DNA of 64,000 nucleotides, from contig CP158635.1 in assembly GCA_050273025.1 (NCBI GenBank), positions 32,736,001 to 32,800,000 on the forward strand, given 5' to 3'. Origin of the DNA: Cenococcum geophilum. Taxonomy: Eukaryota. Within the stretch, counting starts at the first letter, position 1. Each line of letters opens with the position of its first letter. Both the position numbers and the translations under genes were made by a program. The notes under the pieces are model-generated. The model was not told where the DNA came from, made no database searches, and worked only from the letters and a program-made list of their open reading frames with translations. Shown here one piece after another: positions 13,401-25,615 of the stretch.

Positions 13401-16400
13401 TACTACTAGGTGCTATCTATTTTAATATTTTTATATAAAGTACGCCCCTAGTATAAAGTCTAATGCATTTATTTCTATAACCGTCTCTAGTTTTAGTTAA
13501 TAGATCTTAAGAACTAGCTCCTAGGTAAACAACCTTTTAACTTCTTTAAATAATTTCTACTGTTCCTCTTCCTATACCTATAGTTTTTCTTTCTTTATTA
13601 ATTACGTAAATAGTTTAATATCTTTTAACTATTGCGCTATAAACCTTCTATAGTAATTATAAAACCCTAAAAACGATCTTAACTACGTAATATTCTTTAG
13701 TTCTTACCAATTTACTATAGCCTTAATCTTCTTTAGATCTATGCTAAGTTAGCCTAGTTTAATAATAAATTTAACGAAATTAGTTTTCCTTATAAAGAAC
13801 TTGTATTTCTTAATTATTACTAGTATCTATTCTTTCTATAGTTTCTTTAAAACCTATTTAACGTATTCCCCGTATTCTTCCTTAGTTATTAAGTAGATAA
13901 TAATATTATTAAGATATACTATAACAAATTTATCTAAGTGTTCTTCTAATATATTGTTAATACGCTTCTAGAACGTTACTAGTGCGTTTATAAGCCTAAA
14001 TTGTATAACTAATAGTTTATATAGTCCTTTCTTTAACCTAAAGGCTGCCTTCTATTTATTGCCTTCCTTAATTTTAATCTAATGGTACGCCTATCTTAGA
14101 TCTATTTTTATAAAGATTTGCGTATTACCTATCCTATCTTAGATTTCGCTAATTAAGGGTAAAGGATACCTATCCTTTCTAGTAATGCTGTTTAACTATC
14201 TATAATTAATATACAGCCTTAGTTTACTATTTTTTTTTTAGTATAAATAGTACTAGATAACCTGCTAATAACTGCGATAGTTTAATATATCCCTTTTATA
14301 AGTTCTCCTAGATAAACTCTTTTAGTACTCTACCTTCTTCTTTAGTAAGCTTGTAGATTGGAAAAAACTTTAGACTTATTCCTAGTTTTAATTCTATCTT
14401 ATAGTTTTATGCTATATAATCTACTAGCTTCTTACTTTCTAGGCTCTATTATTTCTCACTATACTTATAGTATCTCTTTAGTATATAACTTAAGCCTTAC
14501 TTAGTCTCTTTATATATTACTCTAACTTAGTACTATACTAACTTAGTTTACTATTACATTTTACGGCGTTAAGTATCTTTAATATTGACCTAACCTGTAA
14601 TCTAATTAATCTTTAGATTGTATTCCTGTAACTAAGGCATCCCTAATACTGCCTTATCCCGTCCTAATAGTAGGATATTAAAAGACATCTTAATTTATCT
14701 TCCTTTAATGGTTATCTAAATAGGTCTTATTTTAAGGTTAATAATCCCTCCTCTATAGGCTATTGGATCTCCTAAAATTATAACTAATAGGTAAGGTTGC
14801 TCCTTCTATCTATAAGGTAAACCTATTCTTTTAACTACTACTAGTAAGATATAGTTTCGCGTTACTCTACTATCTATTAGCGCCTTAAACTATTAATCTT
14901 ACCATTTTACTTATAAATTTAGGTATTATCCTTAAATTCCTTTAAGGGTCTAAGGCTTTACTACTAGCTCCCTCTAGTTCTATAGGCCTTTACTTTTTCT
15001 AACTATTAGCTGCTTAATCCTTATATACTTAGCTTACTCTTTAGCTAATACCTAGTTTGCTTTTTATTTTTAATATACTATAGATATATATTCTCTAGGT
15101 ATTCCTACTACTATTATCCGTTTAAGCATTCTTCCGTAAGGAATCTTTCTAGTTAAAGTATTAAGTCTCCTTCCTCTTAGACCTCTACTAGATGCTATCT
15201 ATGCATATATTTAGTATTCCTATACTATTACTCTTCTAGCGCCTAATATATCCTTATAGGGTATTTCCAATTTTTTTCTTTTAAATTTTTGTGTATGTTA
15301 TATATATTATCTACGTATATAATCTATAATAGCGTATAGTATACTAGGTGCTTTGGGTTAACTCTTAACTTATTTTTATTTTTAAGTTTAAACCTCTATC
15401 GTGCTAATCTAAATGTTATAACTTTATTTATAGGTACTATAATACGTCTCTTACTCCTCTAGTCCTCTAATTATTCCTCTAGATCTTTTAATGTTATAAT
15501 TAAGGCTCCTTTAATATAATTTATCGCCTTTTCTGTAATTAGGTGGTCTTAGATAACTCTTTTATCTAATTATATATAGAAATCTTCCTACTTATTATTA
15601 TATCGCTGTCTATACCACTTTTAGTACAGCTATTAGAGTGTATACAGCTTGTCTATAAGGAAGTATCTTCTTATTACTATATTATAATAGCCCTTTATAT
15701 GTCGTTCTTTAAACCTAATTAGAATCCCTAGATTCTCTTTATTTTCCAGTTTAGTAAGCTACTTAGCTCTTAGTATGCCTGCCCTAGGCCTATTAGTAAT
15801 TCTTTATACTAGTACTCTGTCCCTTATACGTCTTAATATACTAGATATCTTATCTAGTTTCTGTTCTTACTATGTAATAATTCTTTACCTAAACTCTTTT
15901 ATGGTTTCCTTTAGTTTATATTTTATAGATTAATCCTTAAAGTTATCTTGCTTCTTAATCTTGGTATTAACTTTTTAATCTTTAGGCCGAATACTATATT
16001 CTCCTAGTAAGTCTTCTAGGTCTATATATCTATCTCCTAGTCTAATTACTATTTGCGCTATAGATTCTCTAATCTATAAAGAAGCCTCTTACCTCTTACT
16101 TATGGGTTCCCTTATTTATACTCTAAATCTTTAGTCCCTTAGATTCTTTAATCCTAAGCTTGCTTCTATCTTAAGCTTTACTCTAGCCTTAGTTTAACTA
16201 GGCTTACTTAGTGTCCTTATCTCGTCTTAAAAGTCTTAAATCTTACTTATCTTGTCTTAAGAGTCTTATACCTTTAGGAAACTTTATCCTGAGCTTATTT
16301 ATATATTACTAAACTAAGCCGTTACTCTACTCTATCGGTTATTGTCCGTTATAGGTCCTTAAGCTTGCCTTATCTTGTCTTAAGAATCTTAGTTATCTTT

Positions 16401-18421
16401 TATCTTATTTTAAGAATCTTAAGTCTTTAGCCTTTTACCTTTATTAAGTGCTAAAGTGGCTTACTATCCTACTTCTTTTACGTCTTATAAAGCGATAGAT
16501 ATTATGTCTAGCGGGGTCTTAATCCCTACTAATATTCCCTATTCTATAGTGGAATTATCCTTTACCTCTTATATAACATTTTTAAGGTTTGCGCGTTCCT
16601 AGTAAACCGCCTTTATTGCTTTATTGTTATAAAATATTTCGTCTATATTGAATTTATTGTCCTTAATATCTAATCTGCGAACTAGTTTATTGGTTCCTTT
16701 ATACTCTATAGATTTTGGCTTCTATAGCTAATAGCTTACGCCATACTTAGCGTCTTTATAAATTTAGTATGCATTATTATAATAAAACGCAAAACTTCTA
16801 ATTAAATACTCTTTTATTCCTTGTAGTATACTATTATCCCTCTATACGTATATGTCTCCTATTATTAGTCTAGTTCCCTTTATTGCATAGTAACTCTAAC
16901 TATTTTTATAATCCCTCGCGAAGTGACCTTGTTTTCCGCAATTTATATAAGCTTTATTTTTAAACTATTGACTTTGCTATAGAGTCCGCCTAAATATCTT
17001 TTACTACTAAGATCCCTGGTTTAGCCTTTACTCCTTAGTCCTATAATTATTAGATCCTTAACCTTTAGGTTTTTATAGTTTCTTGCTCCATCTCTTATAG
17101 GCTTCTTTAGTACCGCTTAGGTCCATTAGCTCTGCGCTATACTATAGTTTTTAACTTAGCTTTGGTTGTTGCGTACTCTACGCCTTATATAACTATAGAA
17201 CTTTATCCTAACCTCTTTTAGTCTATTCCCTTTAATAGATCTAATTATTAATCTTAATTGCCTAATCTATTAGTTCCCTTAGGGTGTCCGCATCTTCTAT
17301 TAGGATAATCGCGTCCTAGACTTTAGCCTTAAGTCCTTACTTATACTATGCCATAAGTGCCTTATTATTTTACTTTACTTACGTTACTAATGTCTAAAAC
17401 TACGTTGTATATTTAATTGCTAAGGTTTATTATATAATGTCTTAGAGTTTTCTTTTCGCCGTGGTTACTGCCTCTAGGTCTCTAAATATTTGTGTAAGTT
17501 ATTCTATAAATCCATTCTAGCTTAAGAATATAAACCGTACCTCTTGGTTTATAGTTATTATTCTATTTGCCTGGATTTCTATAAGGTAAAGCTTAAACTA
17601 TTTAAATGCTCTTCCTATTAAGAACAATCCTGTATACGCTATTTAATCTATAGGTATTACCAGCTTTGCTCCCTCCTATGCAACCTTAAAGTGCATTTAC
17701 ATAAAAAATCTTTTAAGCTTTAATCTCTCTCCTAAGAATCTTTTAATTAATAGTAACTTAACCTTTACTGCGCCTATCCCGTTAATCCTAGTTTTAAGTA
17801 CTGCGTTATTTTCCGTTAACTAGTTAACTATTTCTTATAGTTATCCAACCGTTATAGGTTGCTGTAAGTTAGTATCTGCTATACTGGTGTCGCCTAACCT
17901 TAAAGTAGTTGCCACTGTCAATGGCGTTATAGTGGCTGCTTTTGGTGGTATATTGTTTAACTTTTTGTATTTAATACTGTAACTAGGTAGTAATTGTGTA
18001 ATAAAACCTTATAGCAGGAACTATAATAGGCTCGTTAATAGGCTAGGTATATAGGAAATGTAAGTACGGAAGTTAACAACGTAATAATAACTGGTGGAGT
18101 GGTTGCCTAACAGATTAACTCTAATTATATTCTAAGAATTACTATAAAGAAGGAACTATCTAGGTAGGGACTAAGGGTCCTTAAATACACAACTATACTC
18201 CTATAAAATCCTTCTTATATATAATATACGTATTATATATATTATACGTACGTTCCCCTTATACACTGCGTACACTGCATACAACGTCATATGACCTCGG
18301 CTACTATTTCTCGTCATATGGCTTTATTGGCTCCATCCTAGACTATGCCTAAATTAACTAACTAGCTTCTTCCGACTCCTCTCTAAGTAGTTATAATATT
18401 GTACTTAAAGCGTCCGTAATA
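10445..18421 (-). mobile_element. Ty3/Gypsy (chromovirus-type) LTR retrotransposon, family A copy 2, full length, RIP-inactivated
   Basis: LTRs at 10445-10870 and 17997-18421. Polypurine tract ccatctccctcc next to 10871. Internal gag, zinc knuckle (~16920-16950), PR, RT, RH, IN and chromodomain remnants, reverse-complement collinear with copy 3. No matching TSD (ataaa vs gttat). Confidence 0.93.
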
Positions 18422-18850
18422 GTTATAAGGATATTAACAATAAAATATAGCATAAAGTTAAGTAGATAGACTATAATAAGACTACCTAGGAACTACTATA
18501 AAATTTAAAGAACGCTATAAGAAAGGTATAAGAGTATTAAAAGAAAATAGGTTAGGTAATATTAAAAAAGAGCTAAAACTAAAGGGATTAGTTAAAGGTA
18601 ATAAAGGAGCCTAGAGATTAGACGGATCTACTACTACTACTAGTATACTAGCTATTTCCGCCTCTTCTTAATTGGAATCCTATTTAGCCTTTTTAGCCTT
18701 AAGCTTAGCTAAACCTTACTCCGCAAGGCGAAATTCCTTAAAGCGTCCCTTTTTATAACCCTTTTTAAGACAGGTTAACCAAGCGTAAGTAGTTAGTTAA
18801 GCATTAAGTATTTAAGACTCTTTAGTATAAAGATATTAAAGCTTAGCTAG
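18422..18850 (+). mobile_element. Fragment of a family-A-related Gypsy element (chromodomain and 3' region)
   Basis: 18422-18565 aligns with the copy 3 chromodomain at 48129-48270 (gttataaggatattaacaataaaatatag...ggttaggtaatatt) and then diverges. The right end is approximate. Confidence 0.75.
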
Positions 18851-18859
18851 GGCTGCGTG

Positions 18860-19020
18860 AAGGCGCGGAGCTTTATAAAGAGTTTTGAGAGGCGAGGCTT
18901 AGGGGCGAGCGAGCGGCGCACGGAGCTCTACACAGAGCTCTACTAAAGCTCTACCAAAGTTTTACACAAAATTCTGCACGAAGCTTTGTATAGAGCTTTA
19001 ATAGGCTCTGCGTAAGGTCT
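18860..19020. repeat. Degenerate ~12-bp minisatellite (agagctctacac-like)
   Basis: Repeated agctct/ggctct cores at about 12-bp spacing, similar to the array at 60332-60610. Confidence 0.55.
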
Positions 19021-19198
19021 CATTTAGGAAGTAAATGAGCACCCCCTAGTATATTAAAATTCACTTTAACTTTTTGAAAAACTGCGACATCTTTTTATTA
19101 TCTCTAGGGGCGCTCTCGTTTAGAGTTTTTTGGGGTTGGCCTCGGCCTTACTAGGTTAAGTTGGCCCAAACTGGTTCCCTATCTCTCATCCCGCACTC

Positions 19199-20755
19199 TT
19201 AATACTGCCCATCTAAAAACCTCTCCACAAGCCCATCCCCCCACCTGCTCCTTCCCACCTTCCTCAACTCCCCCAGCACCTCCTCATCAGGCATCCAACT
19301 CCCAACCTCAAAATACAACCTCCGAAACTTCTGATCATCAATCCCTTCATCCCCATAATACGCCATTTGATCCGGAGCATAGTAGCATATCTCGAACTGG
19401 AACTGGCCATCGGGTCCTTCTACGGGTCCCGTTGTTAGTGTGGAGGTGAGGAGGGAGGGCATGTCTTTTAGGCCTTTTGCGTAGGCGAGGACGAGAGGGT
19501 TGAGGTGGGAGGGATTGGGGACGGTGCGGAATGCGTTTGCGGGAGTGACACCGGAGACCCGGGCGTCTTCCTCGAAGTCGAACTCGTCGAAGGAGTCCTC
19601 GTCGGAGACGGGGGAGTCCTCAGAGTCGTCGACTTCGGCGGGCAAGGTGGGTACATCTTCTGGGTCCGAGCCGGATGGATCGGTGAAGTACCAGTGGCCG
19701 GATGGTGTGGTGAGGTCGAAGGTTACGGTTAGGGATTTTAGGGCTGGCCAGCTAGGGACGGGCGTGTTGGGAGATTGGTTGGAGAGCCAGAAGAGGGAAG
19801 AGTCGAAGACGCCAGTAAGGGTTAGGGATGTGAGATTCTGGCTTTGGGAGAAAGTCCGGAGGAGGGCTGTGCTGAGAGGGTCGTAGGTATGGCCACCTAG
19901 TAGATTTGTGGGTTTCATTCTCTGATTTAACGGGGCTTCGTGGTAGAAGGTTATTTCTGCGGTCTTGACAGACGGAAAGGTGTAGGTTGAAAGAGCAGAG
20001 GCGAAGCTGTCGCGATTGGTGAGGCGGAGGTTTGGATAGCGCTTCTCGTTGTCGTAGAGCTCCCAGCCGAAAGATTCGAGGTTGGGGAGTTTCGCTGTAA
20101 TGTCGACGACAGCCCGCATGTTCAGGCTGCGCTCATCATTTGAATTGCCGAGACTGGCCTTTGAAATACGAAGTAAGGGCGGCAGGCTGTCAGGCCGGAG
20201 AAGATTTATGGGCGAATGCTTGTAGCGATGCTCGAAGAGATCATGGTGCTTTCCGACTTCCGCTTCGTAGCGCTGTTGTTGGAGCGTCTCGAAATCACGC
20301 TGGCTTGCGTCAGAGGGCGAGAATATTTTTCCAAGCACCAGGCAAATTCTGCCTCCCACCGAGGCATCTTCCCAAGACTTCAGCACTGCGATGAGCTCCT
20401 CAATTGCTTGCGTGAACGCTTCATCATTCGCCTTCTTATCGGCCGCTCGTTCAAACCTACCGCAAGCTTTTTCGTCGTAAGTCGGGAGTACGACGTCCAA
20501 TGTGAGCTTCGTCAACGAGTTTCGACGATCTCCTCTGAATATCGCATCCAAGGTTTTGATTTCTGTGCTCTTCAGGGTGATCTCCTGGAAAACAGTGCGC
20601 TCAATTGCATGCCTCCATGACTTTGAGATAGTTGCATATGGAGGGAGATTGGATGGCAGCACTTTGCGCTGCCACAGGGGGACGCCAGGTTGGTCGGGGT
20701 GACGTTCAATAAAGCTGGCGATGAGGTTTATGATTTCTTGCGGGAGTTGGTCCAT
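19199..20755 (-). CDS. Intronless 518-aa hypothetical protein with F-box-like N-terminus and LRR-like body
   Basis: Long ORF with ATG at 20755 and TAA at 19199. The N-terminus MDQLPQEIINLIASFI...YATISKSWRHAIERTVF fits the fungal F-box-like pattern. Later LxxLxL segments (LTKLTLDV, LPNLESFGWEL, NLTSLTLTG, WPALKSLTVTF) and an acidic loop. No signal peptide and no RIP stops. Confidence 0.85.
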   Translation of the reverse strand: MDQLPQEIINLIASFIERHPDQPGVPLWQRKVLPSNLPPYATISKSWRHAIERTVFQEITLKSTEIKTLDAIFRGDRRNSLTKLTLDVVLPTYDEKACGRFERAADKKANDEAFTQAIEELIAVLKSWEDASVGGRICLVLGKIFSPSDASQRDFETLQQQRYEAEVGKHHDLFEHRYKHSPINLLRPDSLPPLLRISKASLGNSNDERSLNMRAVVDITAKLPNLESFGWELYDNEKRYPNLRLTNRDSFASALSTYTFPSVKTAEITFYHEAPLNQRMKPTNLLGGHTYDPLSTALLRTFSQSQNLTSLTLTGVFDSSLFWLSNQSPNTPVPSWPALKSLTVTFDLTTPSGHWYFTDPSGSDPEDVPTLPAEVDDSEDSPVSDEDSFDEFDFEEDARVSGVTPANAFRTVPNPSHLNPLVLAYAKGLKDMPSLLTSTLTTGPVEGPDGQFQFEICYYAPDQMAYYGDEGIDDQKFRRLYFEVGSWMPDEEVLGELRKVGRSRWGDGLVERFLDGQY

Positions 20756-21110
20756 TGTTTACTTTAGTGCGATCTCTAGTGTGCGAGACCGTTAGGGACT
20801 TTAGAACGCGTGAAGATCGGAAGGAGAATTTTCCGTCCAAAGACTTTGAAAAGCGCAGCAAATTGTTGCCTAAAGGACAAGGTTTAAGGGATGAATATCG
20901 AGGTCAACCGTCTGTATTTATGTTCACAGCGATCCGCGTCTACTGTTTCACTTGGCAAAATAAACTGGGGAAACCCAAGACTATGCCGCCCCGGCGCGGG
21001 ACCAGGCTGCACCTTCGTTGCCACTAACTACGGATTCATCCCGACCGGCATTCCCGATACGCGGAAATGAGGTTAAAAATCCCACCGCTACAAAATACTC
21101 GCCGGACATC

Positions 21111-23980
21111 TCATCCAGATACACCAACGCAGTAGTAGTAATCCTTCCAGAAAGACGACCCACAACCATTCCCATTATCGAGCACACTGTTCCAAGCGTA
21201 CAATTGTTCCAGCGTAATTCCATTTCGGTCGGCGAAGCGCTAAGAGATAGGTATTAGTCATGACATTGTACGGACAAGAGAAGAAGCACTCACAGAGCAG
21301 AAGTCTCCTTCAATGGCTTGGTCAAACTTGTTACAATTCGACACAGCATTATTCGGCTGATTCGGCGTTGGCACCGTAATCGGAGTTGGAGTGGGAGCTG
21401 GCGTTGAGGAAATGCGGGTTACAGTCACCGTGTCGGCAGTGCCCACACAGTAAGCATAGCCCTTCCAAAAGTTTGTGCCGCAGTCTTGCGATACAGCTGG
21501 ATTCCATTCAAGAAACTGGGCATGCGTGATGAAGAACGTATTTTCCACACTGGAACAGCCGTCGCCGTCTTGGATTGTATACCATTTGATGCAGTTGGCT
21601 GGCTGCCCGGAGAATGTTGGCGCAGACGGACCCGGTGCCGTGCTGGATGTTGGAGAGAGCGTCGTGGCAGTTGGACCGCTTGGACCTGAGGTGTATGAAG
21701 TTGATAGGGCGGGATCAGAGTAGCCTGGTCCCCGAACGCAGTACGCGTAGCCTAGTTGCACCGGATTAGAAGGGATGGATGGAATAGCTACTTCGTGACT
21801 CACCAGGCCAGAGATTTCCACAGTCTGATCCGACGATCGGGTTATACGAGGAGAACTGGGCTATGGTTAGGCTATAGTAAGATAGCACATCCGAACTGGT
21901 CATGAAGTGAGTATATGCCGCCTCGTCACCACTTAGTTTAGGCTCACCATTGCCAGTCATCCGGAACGTCGCCGAATTGGGTGCAATTTGGTGATGCCCC
22001 CTCCTAAGGTGAGAATCCGAGTCAGCAGATGTTTCAAATTTCTGAGCCCTTTCAAACTACTCACTCTGACAGGCAACTCGATAAGTGGGACCTGCGCCGA
22101 AGGTGGTCTCTCCCCAAAGTAGAGCTTGCCGCAGTATTGTACTCCAGCCTTGAAGGAGCAGCTGGCTAGAGTCACATTTCCAACGTCTGGATTCCAGAGT
22201 CCAAAATCGTCAAGATCAACGTTATATAATGCGGCGGCGAACTGGCACTGACTTTGCCAATTCGTCTCGGATATATCGGTTTGGAAGACTGCGCCATCAA
22301 AATAGCTGCTGCAATCATCACGTGTCCCTGCAGCCAGAGGGAGCCCTGTCGAAGTCGGAGTCGTGGATGGAGATGCAGATGTAGGCGTGACTGGCAGCTT
22401 AGTGAATGGTACACTGCTTGTGGGGCCTGGGGTATGGTATCCAGGTCGACCGGAGTATGTATTAACTATGAAGCATCAGAGGCCGTTCTCCTTGGGGATA
22501 GTTTGGATTTTCGACCTACTGTCACCAACCGCTTGGACGCAGTAACTCTCATCGGCATACAGGTTTGTGCAGTTTTCGTTGATTACGGGATTCAGAAAGA
22601 CAAAGTCCTGCAATGATATGCCGAATTTGATGGTTAGAAGGTTACAATAGTCACCTGCAATCGCCTTATACCATTTCCCGCAATATGTGTTCGCACCTTC
22701 GGCGGCATCCGTGGGAATAGGCACGGCAGTGGAAGCAGTACTTGGTGCTAGGGTTGGAGGAACCGTGGGCATGACATATGGTGTGCCTGGACCAGAAACG
22801 CAGATTTGGGTTCCATTCATCTTCTCGAGATTGTAGCACCCAGCATTGATGACCTGAGGAGATATTAGCACCACATCTCGCGTTTGCAAATATTGAAACT
22901 AACCGGATTCCAAGCCTTGAGCTGCGGAACGGTGATATTTGCTGCTTTGGCAATGCCTTCGCAAGTATCGTTGGTTCCAACCTCGTACACTTTGCAAGTA
23001 TTTACCAAGCATAAGTTTCCACTCGTAGGAAAGTCAGCACAGTAAGCGGCGAGATTGTTGTCTGAGAGTAGCCAGGCGGTCCCGATGCTTTGAACCTTCG
23101 AGATGCTATAACAATCATCTGAAGCTTTAACGGTATAAATCTCGCCAGCGCAAGACGAAGGTGTGGGTGTGGCCTCTGCGGGCGGTCTATCAATCGTCAG
23201 TATCATTCTAATACAGCAGGCTTTCAGCGTAGCGTACGTGGAGAATCCTAGGGTAGATGTGGTCAGAGGATACCCTGTGACTCCGCAACTAGAGGTCTTC
23301 GACTGGTAGATAGACTGGCTTCTAAGCTCAGGTCCATCGTAATACGGTGATGCGGCTTGCATTCGGAGACTCTTGATAAAGCACAAATCGCATGGACCTG
23401 ATGGTACAGTATTATTGTTGGCGCTGCTGTCCCAGCCGGCGGGACTCACTGTAGCCATATCAATCACACGCATTTATATTTCTCGAATCCGTGCGTGCTT
23501 GGAGCATTGAAGATTTCAGAACGAAAGGCACTTACACCCAGGATCCGCGCTGACAGCTGCAGCTGCGGCTACGACATTACACCACCGTGCAGAGTCTTGT
23601 AGGCAAGTTAAATCGTATTGGTATCTGATGAGATTGGGAATGATGGCGAGGGTCATATCGTTTCCGTCATCATATCCAGCCCACGTCTGGCCGCTGCATG
23701 CGGTATTGATATCACTTTCATAAGAGGTCAGTGCTACTGCGCATTCTGTAGTGCAGGTTTTCTCAAGGGTCGAAGGAGGGTAAAAGTAGCCATTCTGGAA
23801 TACAGGAACGATGGAACTGCACCCAGTCACATCTTTAAGCAATGCATTGGAGCAAGTAGTCGTCAAATTAGCGGGAACGGTGTTATTTGAAAAGAACTGA
23901 GCAGCTGAAGCTAGACGAAGCCAAAAGAAGGACAGTACGGCCACTCGCGGTGGTGTACGGAAAGACATAAAGAGCGACAT
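21111..23980 (-). CDS. Secreted multi-LysM (CBM50) chitin-binding protein, about 802 aa, 7 LysM motifs (the fourth is degenerate)
   Basis: Manual splicing gives exons 23980-23536, 23448-23238, 23186-22904, 22853-22520, 22465-22065, 22003-21948, 21895-21804, 21751-21294 and 21239-21111. All introns are GT..AG, 50-87 nt, and the frame is maintained to TGA. Signal peptide ([14 protein letters not shown]), Cys-rich N-terminal domain, fungal LysM signature Cx2-3Y...GDxC...WNP...C...YCV, Ser/Thr/Pro linkers. Confidence 0.93.
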
Positions 23981-25615
23981 TGCAAAGGAATGAGTGGATG
24001 CTCAGGTCAAGCCGTGGAGGACATCATGAAGGTCAATAACTAGGAAGGATGAAATGGTAGGGCTTACAGCACCCCTCATGATCCTAGTCGTGCCCAGCCA
24101 TTGGCAAAAGCCCAGCTTGCGGTTCGAAATTGCACTTCCGAAAGGAGGTCTTTGGCGTTCCGTCCAAGGCCACTTCGTGCACGGTCCCACCTCGTGGCCC
24201 TCACTTCTATATAAAGTCTAAGTAGCTAACCTCTACGTCTCTATCACGAGTCTATTAAATAACTAGCTACTTATTTAAGATATAAACAGTATAGTAAAAA
24301 GGCTATACAAGAAATATAGAGCTTTATTTATATACAGTTGTAGTATAAAATAGGGGTGGCTAATACTCAATTTGAACGATTCTAGCGAGGGCGCGCGTGC
24401 CAAGACACTCCCTGGTGTGCAGATACTTCTGCACGCGAGAATAAGCTTGGCATAGAATCCGCAATTTTCCCGGTCGTATTTAATCACCTTCTATAATCAG
24501 TGAGGCTACATTTTATATAGTACACTCGCTATATATACAGATTTAAGCTTTCCTTATAAATCAAATATAATTAGAAGTTAATCCCAGAAATTCTTATAAT
24601 TAACCGGGAAAAGAGCGGGATTTTATGCTAGGTATTGAGAGGATATATTTATTTTAACGAATACGCCAACTTAAGCTTTTTTTGAGGCTCGTTAGAAACG
24701 CCGGTTCCGCCGGTTCCCGTTTGTTCCCGTCTCTCCACAGCCACCTAACGAGATGACGCTGACGTGCCATTCTATGCAGCATTTTCAGCTGCTAGATATG
24801 TTTTATGTCCGCAATCGCGGCCCTTTTCATCTATCAAGGCACGAAGCAGTCAGCACGGTGCCTGAGTGAAAACTCACCTTTCTCCAGGACGTCAGCGCAG
24901 CACATGAATCCGGGCCTTTCATTGGCGAAAATTAGATTGTTCCCCTGCGCTACCAATGCATCCTGCGGCCCTAACTCTCCATGGGCTCAGAAATCATCTG
25001 CCGTTCAAAATTCTATCGCCTCGGCTCCATCGCGAGCGGCAGCCGCGACGGGATGGAAGTAAGCCATGCGGGACAACGATTATCGCAACACGGCACCCAC
25101 CTCCGCGACTCACGTCTATCTTGGCGACAGCGGCAAATACGAGCTACAAGATGGGCTGCCCGTGTACTGCCCTGAAAAGCCCAAGGCATGCTTTCTGGAA
25201 ACCAATCATCTACCAACTGTCGTTACCAAAGTCAGCACTCGAGGGCTTTGCTGCCGAAACGGGAAAGGGGGCTAGCCTACACCAATCAATATCCCGCACC
25301 GAGGTTTCTTACCACCCTGAGTACATGCAATTTTTAGAAGCAATATCTCATTGCCAAGAAGACATCCCGGCACTTCAAAGAAGTACCCGGATGCCCGCCA
25401 CCAAATATCAGCATCCTTCATGCCCAGAACGCCAAGATTTTACCAATTTCACCACTGTTAGCCCTATGTAGATCCCGTAAGCTCAGGCGAGACCCTCGAA
25501 ACGACCATACTCTCCCTAGGGCCCTTGCTCTTCGTAAGTTGCTCCCCCATTCTTTACTTAAAAGTTTTGTCTGCTTCTTGTCGGGATACTAGACTATCAC
25601 TCTTTTTTGCCCATC
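23981..25615. promoter_or_regulatory. Shared divergent intergenic/promoter region of the LysM and chitinase genes
   Basis: Start codons at 23980 (-) and 25616 (+) are head-to-head, 1.6 kb apart. No specific factor binding sites are claimed. Confidence 0.6.
24446..24632. mobile_element. MITE-like remnant with ~30-bp imperfect inverted repeats inside a RIP-scarred patch (~24205-24680)
   Basis: cttggcatagaatccgcaattttcccggtcg (24446-24476) is the inverse of taaccgggaaaagagcgggattttatgctagg (24601-24632). The surroundings are TpA-rich. No TSD recognised. Confidence 0.5.

Noticed and set aside
19034..19120. Short inverted pair gagcaccccctag / ctaggggcgctc near the left island border
   Set aside because: Too short and imperfect, with no TSD and no partner at the right border.
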